From NCBI GenBank assembly GCA_964367805.1, contig CAYIZC010000001.1, forward strand, positions 1 to 24,222: a stretch of 24,222 nt of DNA, written 5' to 3'. Under the pieces are notes generated by a model. The model did no database searches. It was given only the letters and a program-made list of their open reading frames with translations, and was not told the DNA's origin. Numbering within the stretch: position 1 is the stretch's first letter; every line of letters starts with the position of its first letter. Shown here piece by piece: positions 1 to 8,753 of the stretch. The stretch comes from an uncultured Gammaproteobacteria bacterium. GTDB taxonomy: Bacteria; Patescibacteriota; Patescibacteriia; Patescibacteriales; UBA12465. Both the position numbers and the translations under genes were made by a program.

Positions 1-2
1 GA

Positions 3-1124
3 GTTAAGCTTCCAATTTTAGCTTATTCAAATAATGCTAGGGAAAAATTAGATAAAAATAGTGAAGATTATTTTGATTTTAATCTTTATTTTGAAGTCTG
101 GAATAACCTTAAAACTGAACATGTCGACAAGAACATGATTAAAGATAAGGAGCTTTTCTATGGTTCTTTGGAGGGCTTAGCAGCTGCTACCAATGATCCC
201 TATACAGTATTTATGGATCCCGAGCTTAGCGCTGAATTCTACGAAGACCTATCGGGCACTTTTGAAGGAATAGGGGCTGAGATTGGTATACGTGATGAAA
301 TAATTACTATTATCGCCCCCTTAGATGGTATGCCCGCTCAAAAGGCTGGACTAAGGTCTGGTGATAAGGTGTATGCAATTAATGGTGAATCAGCTTTAGG
401 ATTAACAGTTAACGGAGCGGTGAAGAAGATTAGGGGAGAAAAGGGAACAGAGGTAACTCTTACCATTATTCGTGATAAATCTAAACCCATGGAAGTAAAG
501 GTGGTGCGTGATAAAATTATTGTGGCCAGTGTTAAAAGTGAACTTAGAGATAACGGTGTCTATTATATAAATGTGTCTAATTTTAATGATGATACGGAAA
601 GACTATTTTCCCAAGCTATCTCTGATATATTGCTTAAATCACCTAAGGGTATAGTTTTAGACTTACGCAATAATCCTGGTGGCTACCTTGATACTGCCAT
701 ATCTATGGCTAGTGAATGGGTGAAAGAGGGTCCTATAGTGGCCGAGCAATTTGGAGAAAATAAACGTTCAGAGCATTTTTCCAATGGCAATGCACGTCTT
801 GCTGGTATTAAAACAGTAGTTCTTATCAACGAAGGGAGTGCTTCTGCCTCTGAGATAGTAGCCGGTGCTTTAAGGGATTATAAAAAAGCAACTATAATTG
901 GTAAACAGAGCTTTGGCAAAGGATCAGTCCAAACCATAGAGGACTTAAGTGATGGTTCATCTTTAAAGATTACAGTAGCTAAGTGGCTTACTCCTGAGGG
1001 TGACTATATTCATGATAAAGGCATTGCTCCTCAAATTGAGGTTGATTTAAGTGAAGATGATTTTAACAATAAGCGTGATCCGCAGCTAGATAGAGCTTTT
1101 GAATTTATTTTAAATAATAAATAA
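3..1124 (+). CDS. ctpA: C-terminal processing protease, S41A family (PDZ + catalytic domain); 5'-truncated at the window edge
   Basis: The frame stays open from nt 3 (VKLPILAYSNN...DFNLYFEVWNNLKTEHVDKNMIKD), so the track's Met at 135 is internal. PDZ motif FEGIGAEIG, DLRNNPGG, catalytic Ser in SASASE and Lys in FGKGSVQ. Confidence 0.93.
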   Translation, partial: VKLPILAYSNNAREKLDKNSEDYFDFNLYFEVWNNLKTEHVDKNMIKDKELFYGSLEGLAAATNDPYTVFMDPELSAEFYEDLSGTFEGIGAEIGIRDEIITIIAPLDGMPAQKAGLRSGDKVYAINGESALGLTVNGAVKKIRGEKGTEVTLTIIRDKSKPMEVKVVRDKIIVASVKSELRDNGVYYINVSNFNDDTERLFSQAISDILLKSPKGIVLDLRNNPGGYLDTAISMASEWVKEGPIVAEQFGENKRSEHFSNGNARLAGIKTVVLINEGSASASEIVAGALRDYKKATIIGKQSFGKGSVQTIEDLSDGSSLKITVAKWLTPEGDYIHDKGIAPQIEVDLSEDDFNNKRDPQLDRAFEFILNNK

Positions 1125-1150
1125 AAAAAGCCTTGATGTTTTACCAAGGC
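1123..1150. terminator. Probable intrinsic terminator between convergent ctpA and the 81-aa ORF
   Basis: GCCTTG (1130-1135) / CAAGGC (1145-1150) stem preceded by A7, which reads as a U-tract on the - strand. Confidence 0.6.
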
Positions 1151-1179
1151 AATTTAAAACTGAGAGTGTTACTCTGAAA

Positions 1180-1425
1180 TTAATCATCGTAATCTAGACA
1201 ATGTTCTTCGCGAAATCCAGATAGGAGCATCTTTTCCAAGGCCTCCTGGTCAAAATAAGAGATATCAAAGCTAATTGAATTTTGATGATGGATGTGTGAC
1301 TCCACTGCATCAGGCCTTTCTTGATTTAAAAACTTGGCCAAACTAGTCAGACGACTAGCTTTAAAAATTTGCTCTCCTTCTTCGCGGATTTCAAACTTAC
1401 GATTGGAATTAGAAATTTCTAACAT
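1180..1425 (-). CDS. Hypothetical protein, 81 aa
   Basis: Fills the ctpA-pyrG gap without overlap, starts at ATG after an A/T-rich leader, and has a terminator just downstream. No recognisable motif. Confidence 0.6.
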   Translation of the reverse strand: MLEISNSNRKFEIREEGEQIFKASRLTSLAKFLNQERPDAVESHIHHQNSISFDISYFDQEALEKMLLSGFREEHCLDYDD

Positions 1426-1478
1426 ATTATATAATTTAAATTAAAGAACTAAACTAAAAATAACATAATATATAAATA

Positions 1479-3161
1479 ATGTCAATGTCTATGACTAAGC
1501 AGCAAAAACCAGGAAATAAGAAAAATGACACTAAGTTCATCTTCGTTGTTGGTGGGGTAATGTCTGGAGTGGGTAAGGGAATAAGCACCGCTTCTATTGG
1601 TCAAATACTACAAGCCAGAGGCTACCGCGTCTCTGCTATGAAGATAGACCCCTATATTAACGTTGACGCCGGGAACATGGACCCCATTGAGCATGGTGAG
1701 GTCTTTGTAACAGTAGATGGCGATCAAACAGACCAAGACATTGGCAACTATGAAAGATTTTTAAATACTGATATCTATCAAGAAAACTACATGACTACTG
1801 GTCGAGTGTACCAGACTGTCATTGCCAAAGAAAGAAACTTAGAGTATAAGGGTAAGTGTGTTCAGGTGGTTCCTCACATACCCTTAGAAGTTTGTGATCG
1901 CATAGACAGAGCAGTTGAAAAAACCGGAGCTCAGATAATGATAATTGAAATTGGCGGAACAGTAGGTGAGTATGAAAACCTCTTATTTTTAGAGGCAGCC
2001 AGGGTGATGAAATTGTACCAGCCTAAAAATGTTTTATTTGTCATGGTCTCCTATTTGCCTATTCCTAATATAATTGGTGAGATGAAGACTAAACCAACTC
2101 AGCATGCTGTTAGGAATCTCCAAGGTGCCGGTATACAACCCGACTTTCTAATAGCACGCAGTGAAAAAGCTATAGACAGCCAAAGGAGAGAAAAATTGTC
2201 TCTTAATTGTAATATTGCTCCAGAAAATGTTATCTCTGCTCCTGACGCTGATTCTATCTACGATATTCCTCTTAATTTTGAAAAAAACGGATTAAGCACT
2301 AGTATACTTGAAAAATTTGGTCTAGCAGTCGGGAAGCTTAAAAATGAAAAGTGGTTAGAAATGCTTAAAAAAACTAAATTAAAAGGTCCGGAAGTAAACA
2401 TTGCAATTGTTGGTAAATATTTTGAAAGTGGTGATTTTAAACTGAGTGATTCCTATATTTCTGTTAAAGAGGCAATTAAGCATGCCAGTGCTTATAATAA
2501 TTGCAAAACTAACATTCACTGCTTTAGCTCTGAAGAAATAGAAAAAAAAGGTGTTTCACTTTTAAAAAATTTAGATGGAGTAATTATTCCTCAAGGACAA
2601 GGTAAGTATGGATTTTCAGGAGAACTTAAAGCTATTACTTATTGTCGAAAAAATAATATCCCCTATTTTGGGCTTTGCAATGGCATGAATATGGCTCTTA
2701 TTGAGTTTGCCCGTGAAGTGGCCGGCCTAAAGGGCGCTAACTCTACAGATATAGACCCTAAAACTAGTCACCCACTTGTCCATTTTAGGCCTTACAACAA
2801 AGAGAGTGACTCTAAACAAGGCATAGATGGCAACTTGCGTCTTGGAGCCTGGCCTTGCAAGCTAGAGGAGGGAACGCTACTCTTTAAAGCCTATAAAAAT
2901 TTAGGCAAGGGGAAAATAGTTCATGAGCGACATCGCCACTCCCTAGAATTTAACAATGACTATCTTGAAAAACTAAGAGAGTTTGGCTTAGTTATTTCTG
3001 GAAGCTCACCTGATGGAAGTCTAGTTGAAGCGATAGAACTAAAAGATCACCCTTTCTTTGTAGCTGTTTCTTTTCACCCGGAATATAGCTCTCGCCCTCT
3101 TGATCCTCATCCTTTGTTTATAGAATTTATTAAAGCAGCTAAAAAAATATCTAAAGCCTAA
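1479..3161 (+). CDS. pyrG: CTP synthase (synthetase + glutamine amidotransferase domain), with an atypical glutaminase site
   Basis: GGVMSGVGKG, DPYINVD, HGEVFV, EIGGTVG and KTKPTQH motifs; triad C400 (GLCNG), H533 and E535 (FHPEY). The start could be any of the three Met codons at 1479-1491. Confidence 0.96.
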   Translation: MSMSMTKQQKPGNKKNDTKFIFVVGGVMSGVGKGISTASIGQILQARGYRVSAMKIDPYINVDAGNMDPIEHGEVFVTVDGDQTDQDIGNYERFLNTDIYQENYMTTGRVYQTVIAKERNLEYKGKCVQVVPHIPLEVCDRIDRAVEKTGAQIMIIEIGGTVGEYENLLFLEAARVMKLYQPKNVLFVMVSYLPIPNIIGEMKTKPTQHAVRNLQGAGIQPDFLIARSEKAIDSQRREKLSLNCNIAPENVISAPDADSIYDIPLNFEKNGLSTSILEKFGLAVGKLKNEKWLEMLKKTKLKGPEVNIAIVGKYFESGDFKLSDSYISVKEAIKHASAYNNCKTNIHCFSSEEIEKKGVSLLKNLDGVIIPQGQGKYGFSGELKAITYCRKNNIPYFGLCNGMNMALIEFAREVAGLKGANSTDIDPKTSHPLVHFRPYNKESDSKQGIDGNLRLGAWPCKLEEGTLLFKAYKNLGKGKIVHERHRHSLEFNNDYLEKLREFGLVISGSSPDGSLVEAIELKDHPFFVAVSFHPEYSSRPLDPHPLFIEFIKAAKKISKA

Positions 3162-3195
3162 CTTAGAAGTTTTGTTTAAAAGAAAAAACAGACAC

Positions 3196-3230
3196 AAAAA
3201 AATAAGCTAAAAACTATAGCTTATTTTTTT
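3196..3230. terminator. Bidirectional intrinsic terminator between convergent pyrG and rpmA
   Basis: Perfect 14-bp inverted repeat AAAAAAATAAGCTA (3196-3209) / TAGCTTATTTTTTT (3217-3230). Confidence 0.8.
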
Positions 3231-3257
3231 ATACCTTCTATTTGAGTTTAATTGAGA

Positions 3258-3566
3258 CTATTTAGCTGCTACTTTTTCAGCCGCTACTCGCTCGTCAACT
3301 ATACTTACCACCTTAGTACTTTTTAGGGAGCTGTCAAATTTCTTTAGCTTCTTATCAGTGAATTTAACAAAACCGCCCTTAAGTGCAAATAAGGTATCAT
3401 CTTTTCCGATTGAAACATTTGCTCCTGGGTGATATTTAGTACCACGTTGTCTGATGATAATTGAACCAGCCTTAGCCCACTCACCATCGGTTACTTTTAC
3501 ACCTAGTCTTCTACCGGCTGAATCACGTCCTAATGAGGTGGATCCACCTGCTTTTTTGGTTGCCAT
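3258..3566 (-). CDS. rpmA: 50S ribosomal protein bL27
   Basis: [24 protein letters not shown]...[18 protein letters not shown]...GKDDTLFAL matches the bL27 consensus. Confidence 0.97.
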   Translation of the reverse strand: MATKKAGGSTSLGRDSAGRRLGVKVTDGEWAKAGSIIIRQRGTKYHPGANVSIGKDDTLFALKGGFVKFTDKKLKKFDSSLKSTKVVSIVDERVAAEKVAAK

Positions 3567-3635
3567 ATGAGTTTACATAAATAATACTAGCTAGCAAGCT
3601 TGTATTACATTATTTATATTTATTTTATATAGCTA

Positions 3636-3664
3636 ATACTAACAAAAGTGAAATAAATTGTCAA
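3636..3664 (-). promoter_or_regulatory. Sigma70-type promoter for rpmA
   Basis: On - strand: TTGACA (3664-3659), 17-nt spacer, TAGTAT (3641-3636). Confidence 0.6.
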
Positions 3665-3796
3665 ATAGCCTAAAAGATAAAATAGGGGAAGTGAATAAGA
3701 ATAAAGAGAATAAGAAATCTTTGACTTTAAGCTGTAAAAAAACAGCCATAAGCTATGTTTTTATAAATAAGACAGGGTTTTATTATTTTTTATCTA

Positions 3797-3805
3797 TGCT
3801 ATAAT
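3797..3805 (+). promoter_or_regulatory. Extended -10 promoter for the ferredoxin-led gene run
   Basis: TG-c-TATAAT, 36 nt upstream of the ATG at 3842. Confidence 0.55.
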
Positions 3806-3841
3806 ATTAGCACTAAGTTAAAATTAAATAGAAATAAATAT

Positions 3842-4012
3842 ATGGTGAAAGTAGATAAAAAAACCTGCATAGGCTGTGGTCTTTGTGCTGGTATGTGTCC
3901 CGATACATTTGAGATGGATGCTGATAATAAGTCAGAGGTTATAAATCCAGAAATAACAGACTGTGCTAAAAATGCAGTAAAAAATTGCCCAGTACAGGCT
4001 ATCAGTTTATAA
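3842..4012 (+). CDS. Single-cluster [4Fe-4S] ferredoxin, 56 aa (not in ORF track)
   Basis: Manual translation: MVKVDKKTCIGCGLCAGMCPDTFEMDADNKSEVINPEITDCAKNAVKNCPVQAISL*. Contains CxxCxxC-xxx-CP...C...CP, the monocluster ferredoxin pattern. Confidence 0.93.
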   Translation: MVKVDKKTCIGCGLCAGMCPDTFEMDADNKSEVINPEITDCAKNAVKNCPVQAISL

Positions 4013-4028
4013 TTTTTTTAAAAAACAT

Positions 4029-4550
4029 ATGGCGAGTCCAAGAGTAGCAAATAAAAGTAATCCGGAAGCTGAAAATATTAATCCGGAGAATTTTGAAATT
4101 AAAAAAGAAAGTAAAGAAGCCATAAAGAGTCCTGAGCAAGGCGATATCTCCCCTGAGAAAAAAGTAGAACAAGGGAAGGAGAAAAAAGAAAAGGATTTAG
4201 ATGAAACTTTAAACAAGATTAAAGATTTGGCTCTTGAGGATGCTAGCCCTAATCAGGCAGTTAGTTTTCATAAACGCCGGGAAAAAGAAATAGACAATAT
4301 TTTATCCTCTGGTCTTCATGATATCTTTCTTAAAATGAGTCCAAAAAAGCAACAAGAGTTTAAGCTCGCCGGAGAAGATACTGCTTTAAAAATTAATCTA
4401 TTACTTGATAAGACAAAAATAAATATTTCTAAAATAATTAACTTGATTCGTAAATGGTTAAAGATTATCCCCAATGTAAATGAATTCTTTTTAGAAAAAG
4501 AAGCTAAGATAAAAGCAGACAAAATTATTAATATTAAAGATAGGGCTTAA
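4029..4550 (+). CDS. Hypothetical protein, 173 aa (charged N-terminal half, helical C-terminal half)
   Basis: ORF ends 1 nt before the ATPase start, suggesting translational coupling. Confidence 0.8.
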   Translation: MASPRVANKSNPEAENINPENFEIKKESKEAIKSPEQGDISPEKKVEQGKEKKEKDLDETLNKIKDLALEDASPNQAVSFHKRREKEIDNILSSGLHDIFLKMSPKKQQEFKLAGEDTALKINLLLDKTKINISKIINLIRKWLKIIPNVNEFFLEKEAKIKADKIINIKDRA

Positions 4551-4551
4551 T

Positions 4552-7011
4552 ATGAATTTTACACTGACAAGTGGCCAAGAAACAATAATCACTATCATCC
4601 TAATTTTATTAGTCCTAGTTGTTATTGCTCTTGTTTCTTTGCGCTTCTCTAAATTACTTTTTTCTCGCAAGCGCTATGCTAAGCATAAGGTTTATTCTAT
4701 TAAAATACCTAGAGAAAGAAATAGAGATGATAGAGATGATAGCCAACAAGAAATAAGAGAAGAGATTGCTAAAGGTGAGGCAATATTTTCCGCCATAGGT
4801 GGTCTTAAAGCAGAAAGAGGCTTTCAGGCTTGGCTTAAGGGTAGGCAAGACCACGTTTCTTTTGAAATTGTAGCTGATGCTAGAAAAATTGCCTTCTACT
4901 TTGCCTGTAATGACCATATCTTTCGTTACCTAGAACAGCAAATACACGCTCAATATCCCGCTGCTTCTATTCTTGAGGTAGATGACTATAATTCTTTTGC
5001 TACCTCAGGACATCTAGTGGCCGCTTACTTAAAGACAGTGAAGAGTTTTATTTTTCCTATCAAGACCTATCAAGAAATGGATGTTGATCCGATGAGCTCT
5101 TTAATTAATGTCTTGTCTAAGCTAGAGCTGGGTGAAAGTTTAGTTATTCAATATTTAGTTAGAAGTGCCAAGGCTCAGTGGCATGGCACTTCCAGAAAAT
5201 CGGTTAGTAAAATAATAGAAAAGAACTCAGTTGCAGAGGGCCTTAAATCTAGCTCGCTGGAAAAGATAATGCCATTTATAAGTAGCTCTAAGCCTAAATC
5301 TCAAGAGCAGCCTAAGCAGGAAAAAAGGTTAAGTGAGGTAGAAAATGAGATGTTAAAAAAAATTGAGGAGAAAAATCTTAAAGCTGGCTTAGATGTTAAT
5401 TTAAGAGTTTTAAGTTTCTCTAGCTCTCGTGAAAAGGCTAGTCGACACTTAGAAAACATTAGTAGTGCTTTTTATGAGTACAACAACTTCTCCTATGGTA
5501 ACTCCTTTTCTCGACCTAAGAAAAAAAAGCAAAAGAGAACAATCTATGATTTTATTTATCGTTACTTTCGGGAGGAGCATTCCTTTTTACTCAACAGTGA
5601 AGAATTAGCCTCCATATTTCACCTACCTTTAAAAAGTACGGAAACTCCTAACATAGAGTGGTTAAATGCTAAAACTGCGCCCGCGCCAGCTGAAATTCCC
5701 CAAAGTGGCATATCCTTAGGCCATAATATTTACCGGGGCTTTAAAAAAGAAATTAGAATGAGTGCTAAAGACAGAAGACGCCATACTTACATAGTGGGTA
5801 AATCTGGTGTAGGTAAGTCCGTTCTTTTAGCTAACATGGCTATACAAGATATTGCCAACGGGGAAGGAGTTTGTGTCCTTGATCCCCACGGCGACCTTAT
5901 CACTGACATCTTAGAACGCGTCCCCCCAGAGAGAGCAGAGGATGTAATTATTTTTTCACCCGCAGATACCGAAAGACCACTGGCCTTAAATCTATTAGAA
6001 TACGACCCCAGATATCCCGAACAAAAAAGTTTTGTTATAAATGAGATGATAGGTATTTTAGATAAGCTATATGACCTTAAAGCCACTGGTGGCCCTATGT
6101 TTGAGCAGTACATGAGAAATGCAATGTTGCTCGTAATGGATGATCCGAGCACAGGCTCAACTCTAATGGAGATACCAAAAGTATTAGCTGATGAAAATTT
6201 TAGACGACTTAAGCTTCGAAATTGTAAAAATAAAACAGTAGTTGATTTTTGGACTAAGGAAGCCGAAAAAGCTGGTGGCGAGGCTGCTTTAGCAAATATT
6301 ACTCCTTATATCACCTCAAAACTAACCTCCTTTATCTCCAATGACATGATGCGACCCATTATTGGTCAACAAAAGAGTGCTTTTAATATTCGCGAAGTAA
6401 TGGACGGACAAAAAATATTGTTAGTTGATCTTCCTAAGGGTACGGTAGGGGAAAACAATGCCTATCTTTTAGGAATGATAGTAGTTGGTAAAATCCTTAT
6501 GGCCGCCTTATCTCGGACTGACATGGAGGCTGACAAGCGTAAAGATTTCTATCTTTATATAGATGAGTTTCAAAACTTCACGACTGACTCTATTTCTCAG
6601 ATATTATCAGAAGCCAGAAAATATGCCCTAAATCTTATTATCGCCCACCAATACATCGGACAGTTATCTAAAAACAATAATAGCGAAATTAAAGATGCTG
6701 TCTTTGGAAACGTCGGCACTATGATAAGCTTTAAAATCGGTAGTGATGATGCTGAGTACTTAGTAAAAGAATTTAGTCCAGTTTTTAGTGAATATGATTT
6801 AATAAATATCGACAGAGGCACTGCCTATATCAAACTTTTAATTGACAATGCGGCTTCGCGTCCTTTCTCCCTGCATACAACTTGGCCCTTGGTCGGTGTG
6901 AAAAGAGAGGGAATAGCTGAGCGTATTCGTTCACTGTCAAGATTAAAATTTGGTCGCAGTTCTCGCTTAGTTGAAGCTGAGATTGCCGAGCGTAGTAAAA
7001 TAAGTAATTAA
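4552..7011 (+). CDS. VirD4/TraG(T4CP)/HerA-FtsK-superfamily ATPase with an N-terminal membrane anchor
   Basis: N-terminal hydrophobic helix; RRRHTYIVGKSGVGKS Walker A; LDPHGDL; FYLYIDEFQNF Walker B; LSEARKYALNLIIAHQYIGQL and VFGNVGT typical of coupling-protein-like ATPases. Confidence 0.85.
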   Translation: MNFTLTSGQETIITIILILLVLVVIALVSLRFSKLLFSRKRYAKHKVYSIKIPRERNRDDRDDSQQEIREEIAKGEAIFSAIGGLKAERGFQAWLKGRQDHVSFEIVADARKIAFYFACNDHIFRYLEQQIHAQYPAASILEVDDYNSFATSGHLVAAYLKTVKSFIFPIKTYQEMDVDPMSSLINVLSKLELGESLVIQYLVRSAKAQWHGTSRKSVSKIIEKNSVAEGLKSSSLEKIMPFISSSKPKSQEQPKQEKRLSEVENEMLKKIEEKNLKAGLDVNLRVLSFSSSREKASRHLENISSAFYEYNNFSYGNSFSRPKKKKQKRTIYDFIYRYFREEHSFLLNSEELASIFHLPLKSTETPNIEWLNAKTAPAPAEIPQSGISLGHNIYRGFKKEIRMSAKDRRRHTYIVGKSGVGKSVLLANMAIQDIANGEGVCVLDPHGDLITDILERVPPERAEDVIIFSPADTERPLALNLLEYDPRYPEQKSFVINEMIGILDKLYDLKATGGPMFEQYMRNAMLLVMDDPSTGSTLMEIPKVLADENFRRLKLRNCKNKTVVDFWTKEAEKAGGEAALANITPYITSKLTSFISNDMMRPIIGQQKSAFNIREVMDGQKILLVDLPKGTVGENNAYLLGMIVVGKILMAALSRTDMEADKRKDFYLYIDEFQNFTTDSISQILSEARKYALNLIIAHQYIGQLSKNNNSEIKDAVFGNVGTMISFKIGSDDAEYLVKEFSPVFSEYDLINIDRGTAYIKLLIDNAASRPFSLHTTWPLVGVKREGIAERIRSLSRLKFGRSSRLVEAEIAERSKISN

Positions 7012-7015
7012 TAAA

Positions 7016-8731
7016 ATGTCTACATTATACCGCAACTATAGGCCTGGGAATTTTTCTGAAGTTTTTGGGCAAAAACATATTAAAATAACTTTACAAAATG
7101 AAATTAGTAATAATAAACTAGCTTCTGCCTTTTTGTTTTGTGGACCCAGGGCAGTAGGGAAGACTACGCTTGCCAGACTCTTAGCTAAGTCAGTTAATTG
7201 TCTTAAGCGTAAAGAAGGCGACTATGAGCCTTGCGGAGAGTGCTCTAATTGTAAGGCGATAAGCTCAGGTAAGCACTTAGATGTAGTTGAAATTGATGCT
7301 GCTTCAAATACAGGTGTAGATAATGTGCGTGATAATATAATTTCTTTTTCTCGTCTAGCTCCTAGTCAAGCTAAGTATAAAGTTTTCATTATTGATGAAG
7401 TGCACATGTTGTCGACTCAAGCTTTTAATGCCCTTTTAAAAATTATAGAAGAACCACCAAAGTATGTTATTTTTATTTTAGCAACTACCGAGATACACAA
7501 AGTTCCTTATACCATTATTTCCCGTTGCGAGCGCTTTGATTTTAAGCGAATTTCTTTGCCCGAGGTAATAAAGAAATTAGAGTTTATTGCTAAGAGTGAA
7601 AAAAGAGAAGTAGACCCTATAGTACTGGAGGCGATTGCCCGTCGTAGTGGCGGACACTTGCGTGATGCCGAAAGTCTCCTTGGTCAAATATTTTCCCTAG
7701 ATACTAAAAAAATTAGCCTGGCTGATGCTGAACTCCTTTTGCCCCATTACAATAACAATGAAGTTATCACTCTCCTTTCTCACCTAGCCGCAAAAGACGC
7801 TGTTTCGGCGCTTACTTTGGTTAACTCTTTAGCTGATGCCGGGGTAAGTATCCGAAACTTTATCAGTGAAATTATTACTATGTTGCGAAAAATTGCTATT
7901 TCAAAAATTAGTCCACAGCTATCAGATGACTTGGGGCTTAATTTAGGTGATAGCTTAGAGTTAAAGATTAATGCTTTAACAAAAGAATTAAAGCTAGAAA
8001 ATATCTTATTTTATCTCAAGCGCTTTCTCCTTGCCTACAGTGATAAAAATCAATTAATTTTACAACTCCCTTTAGAATTAGCGGTGATAGAAATTTGTAC
8101 TCAAAGTTTGCAAAGTGCTAGTATCTCTAAAAGTGAGGACTTAGCCAGTCTTGCTAAAAAGACTAGTAGCGTAGAGAGAGGTCCGACTAGTTCTAAAAGC
8201 TATCAAGCTAAAAGTGAAGAGCTTCCCAAAACTAAACCTGTTTTAAAAAAAGAAATTAAGCCTAAGGAGAGCACTGAATTTGTTTCAGAATTAAGTGCCA
8301 AAAGCTCTGATCTTAAATTAAGCTGTGAGGACTTAATGGAGAAATGGCCTGAATTTTTAATAAAGATAAAAAAACACAATCACTCACTTTCCTTTGTTTT
8401 GCAAAATTGCCAACCTAAAGATATTGAAGCTGGTACCCTTAGTCTTGTATTTAAGTATAAATTTCATCAAGATAGAGTAAAGGATGTAAGCATCAGGGCT
8501 TTAATAGAAGAAACTCTATCTGAGGTTTACGGAGGACCCATAGTAATAGCTGCTCACTTAAATGAAAGCTTGCAAGAGGCTGAGGAAGAAAATGATAATT
8601 CCAGTCAAGTGAGTGAGGTTACAAACGACAGGGAAGAGGCTAGTGTTTTACGACCAGAAGAAAGAGGAGGACCAAAAGACTCTTTGGTAAATAATCTTTT
8701 AGATGCTTTTGGTGGAGAATTAATTAATTAA
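7016..8731 (+). CDS. dnaX: DNA polymerase III subunit gamma/tau
   Basis: LYRNYRP, Walker A GPRAVGKTT, Zn motif C..CGECSNC, EIDAASNTGVD, IIDEVHML, SRC, and a C-terminal tau-like domain after a low-complexity linker. Confidence 0.96.
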   Translation: MSTLYRNYRPGNFSEVFGQKHIKITLQNEISNNKLASAFLFCGPRAVGKTTLARLLAKSVNCLKRKEGDYEPCGECSNCKAISSGKHLDVVEIDAASNTGVDNVRDNIISFSRLAPSQAKYKVFIIDEVHMLSTQAFNALLKIIEEPPKYVIFILATTEIHKVPYTIISRCERFDFKRISLPEVIKKLEFIAKSEKREVDPIVLEAIARRSGGHLRDAESLLGQIFSLDTKKISLADAELLLPHYNNNEVITLLSHLAAKDAVSALTLVNSLADAGVSIRNFISEIITMLRKIAISKISPQLSDDLGLNLGDSLELKINALTKELKLENILFYLKRFLLAYSDKNQLILQLPLELAVIEICTQSLQSASISKSEDLASLAKKTSSVERGPTSSKSYQAKSEELPKTKPVLKKEIKPKESTEFVSELSAKSSDLKLSCEDLMEKWPEFLIKIKKHNHSLSFVLQNCQPKDIEAGTLSLVFKYKFHQDRVKDVSIRALIEETLSEVYGGPIVIAAHLNESLQEAEEENDNSSQVSEVTNDREEASVLRPEERGGPKDSLVNNLLDAFGGELIN

Positions 8732-8753
8732 GCGAAGACTAGAATAAAAAAAT

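Noticed and set aside
1426-1435. Palindrome ATTATATAAT in two divergent intergenic regions (also 20591-20600)
   Set aside because: It is explained by back-to-back TATAAT boxes in very AT-rich DNA and does not support a dedicated operator.
3258-3566. bL27 with Thr instead of His at position 3 and a C-terminal extension
   Set aside because: A single substitution within plausible family variation; no basis for a functional claim.
3692-3716. GAATAAG repeated three times in the rpmA-ferredoxin gap
   Set aside because: Short, irregular, low-complexity purine tract; not a CRISPR or iteron array.
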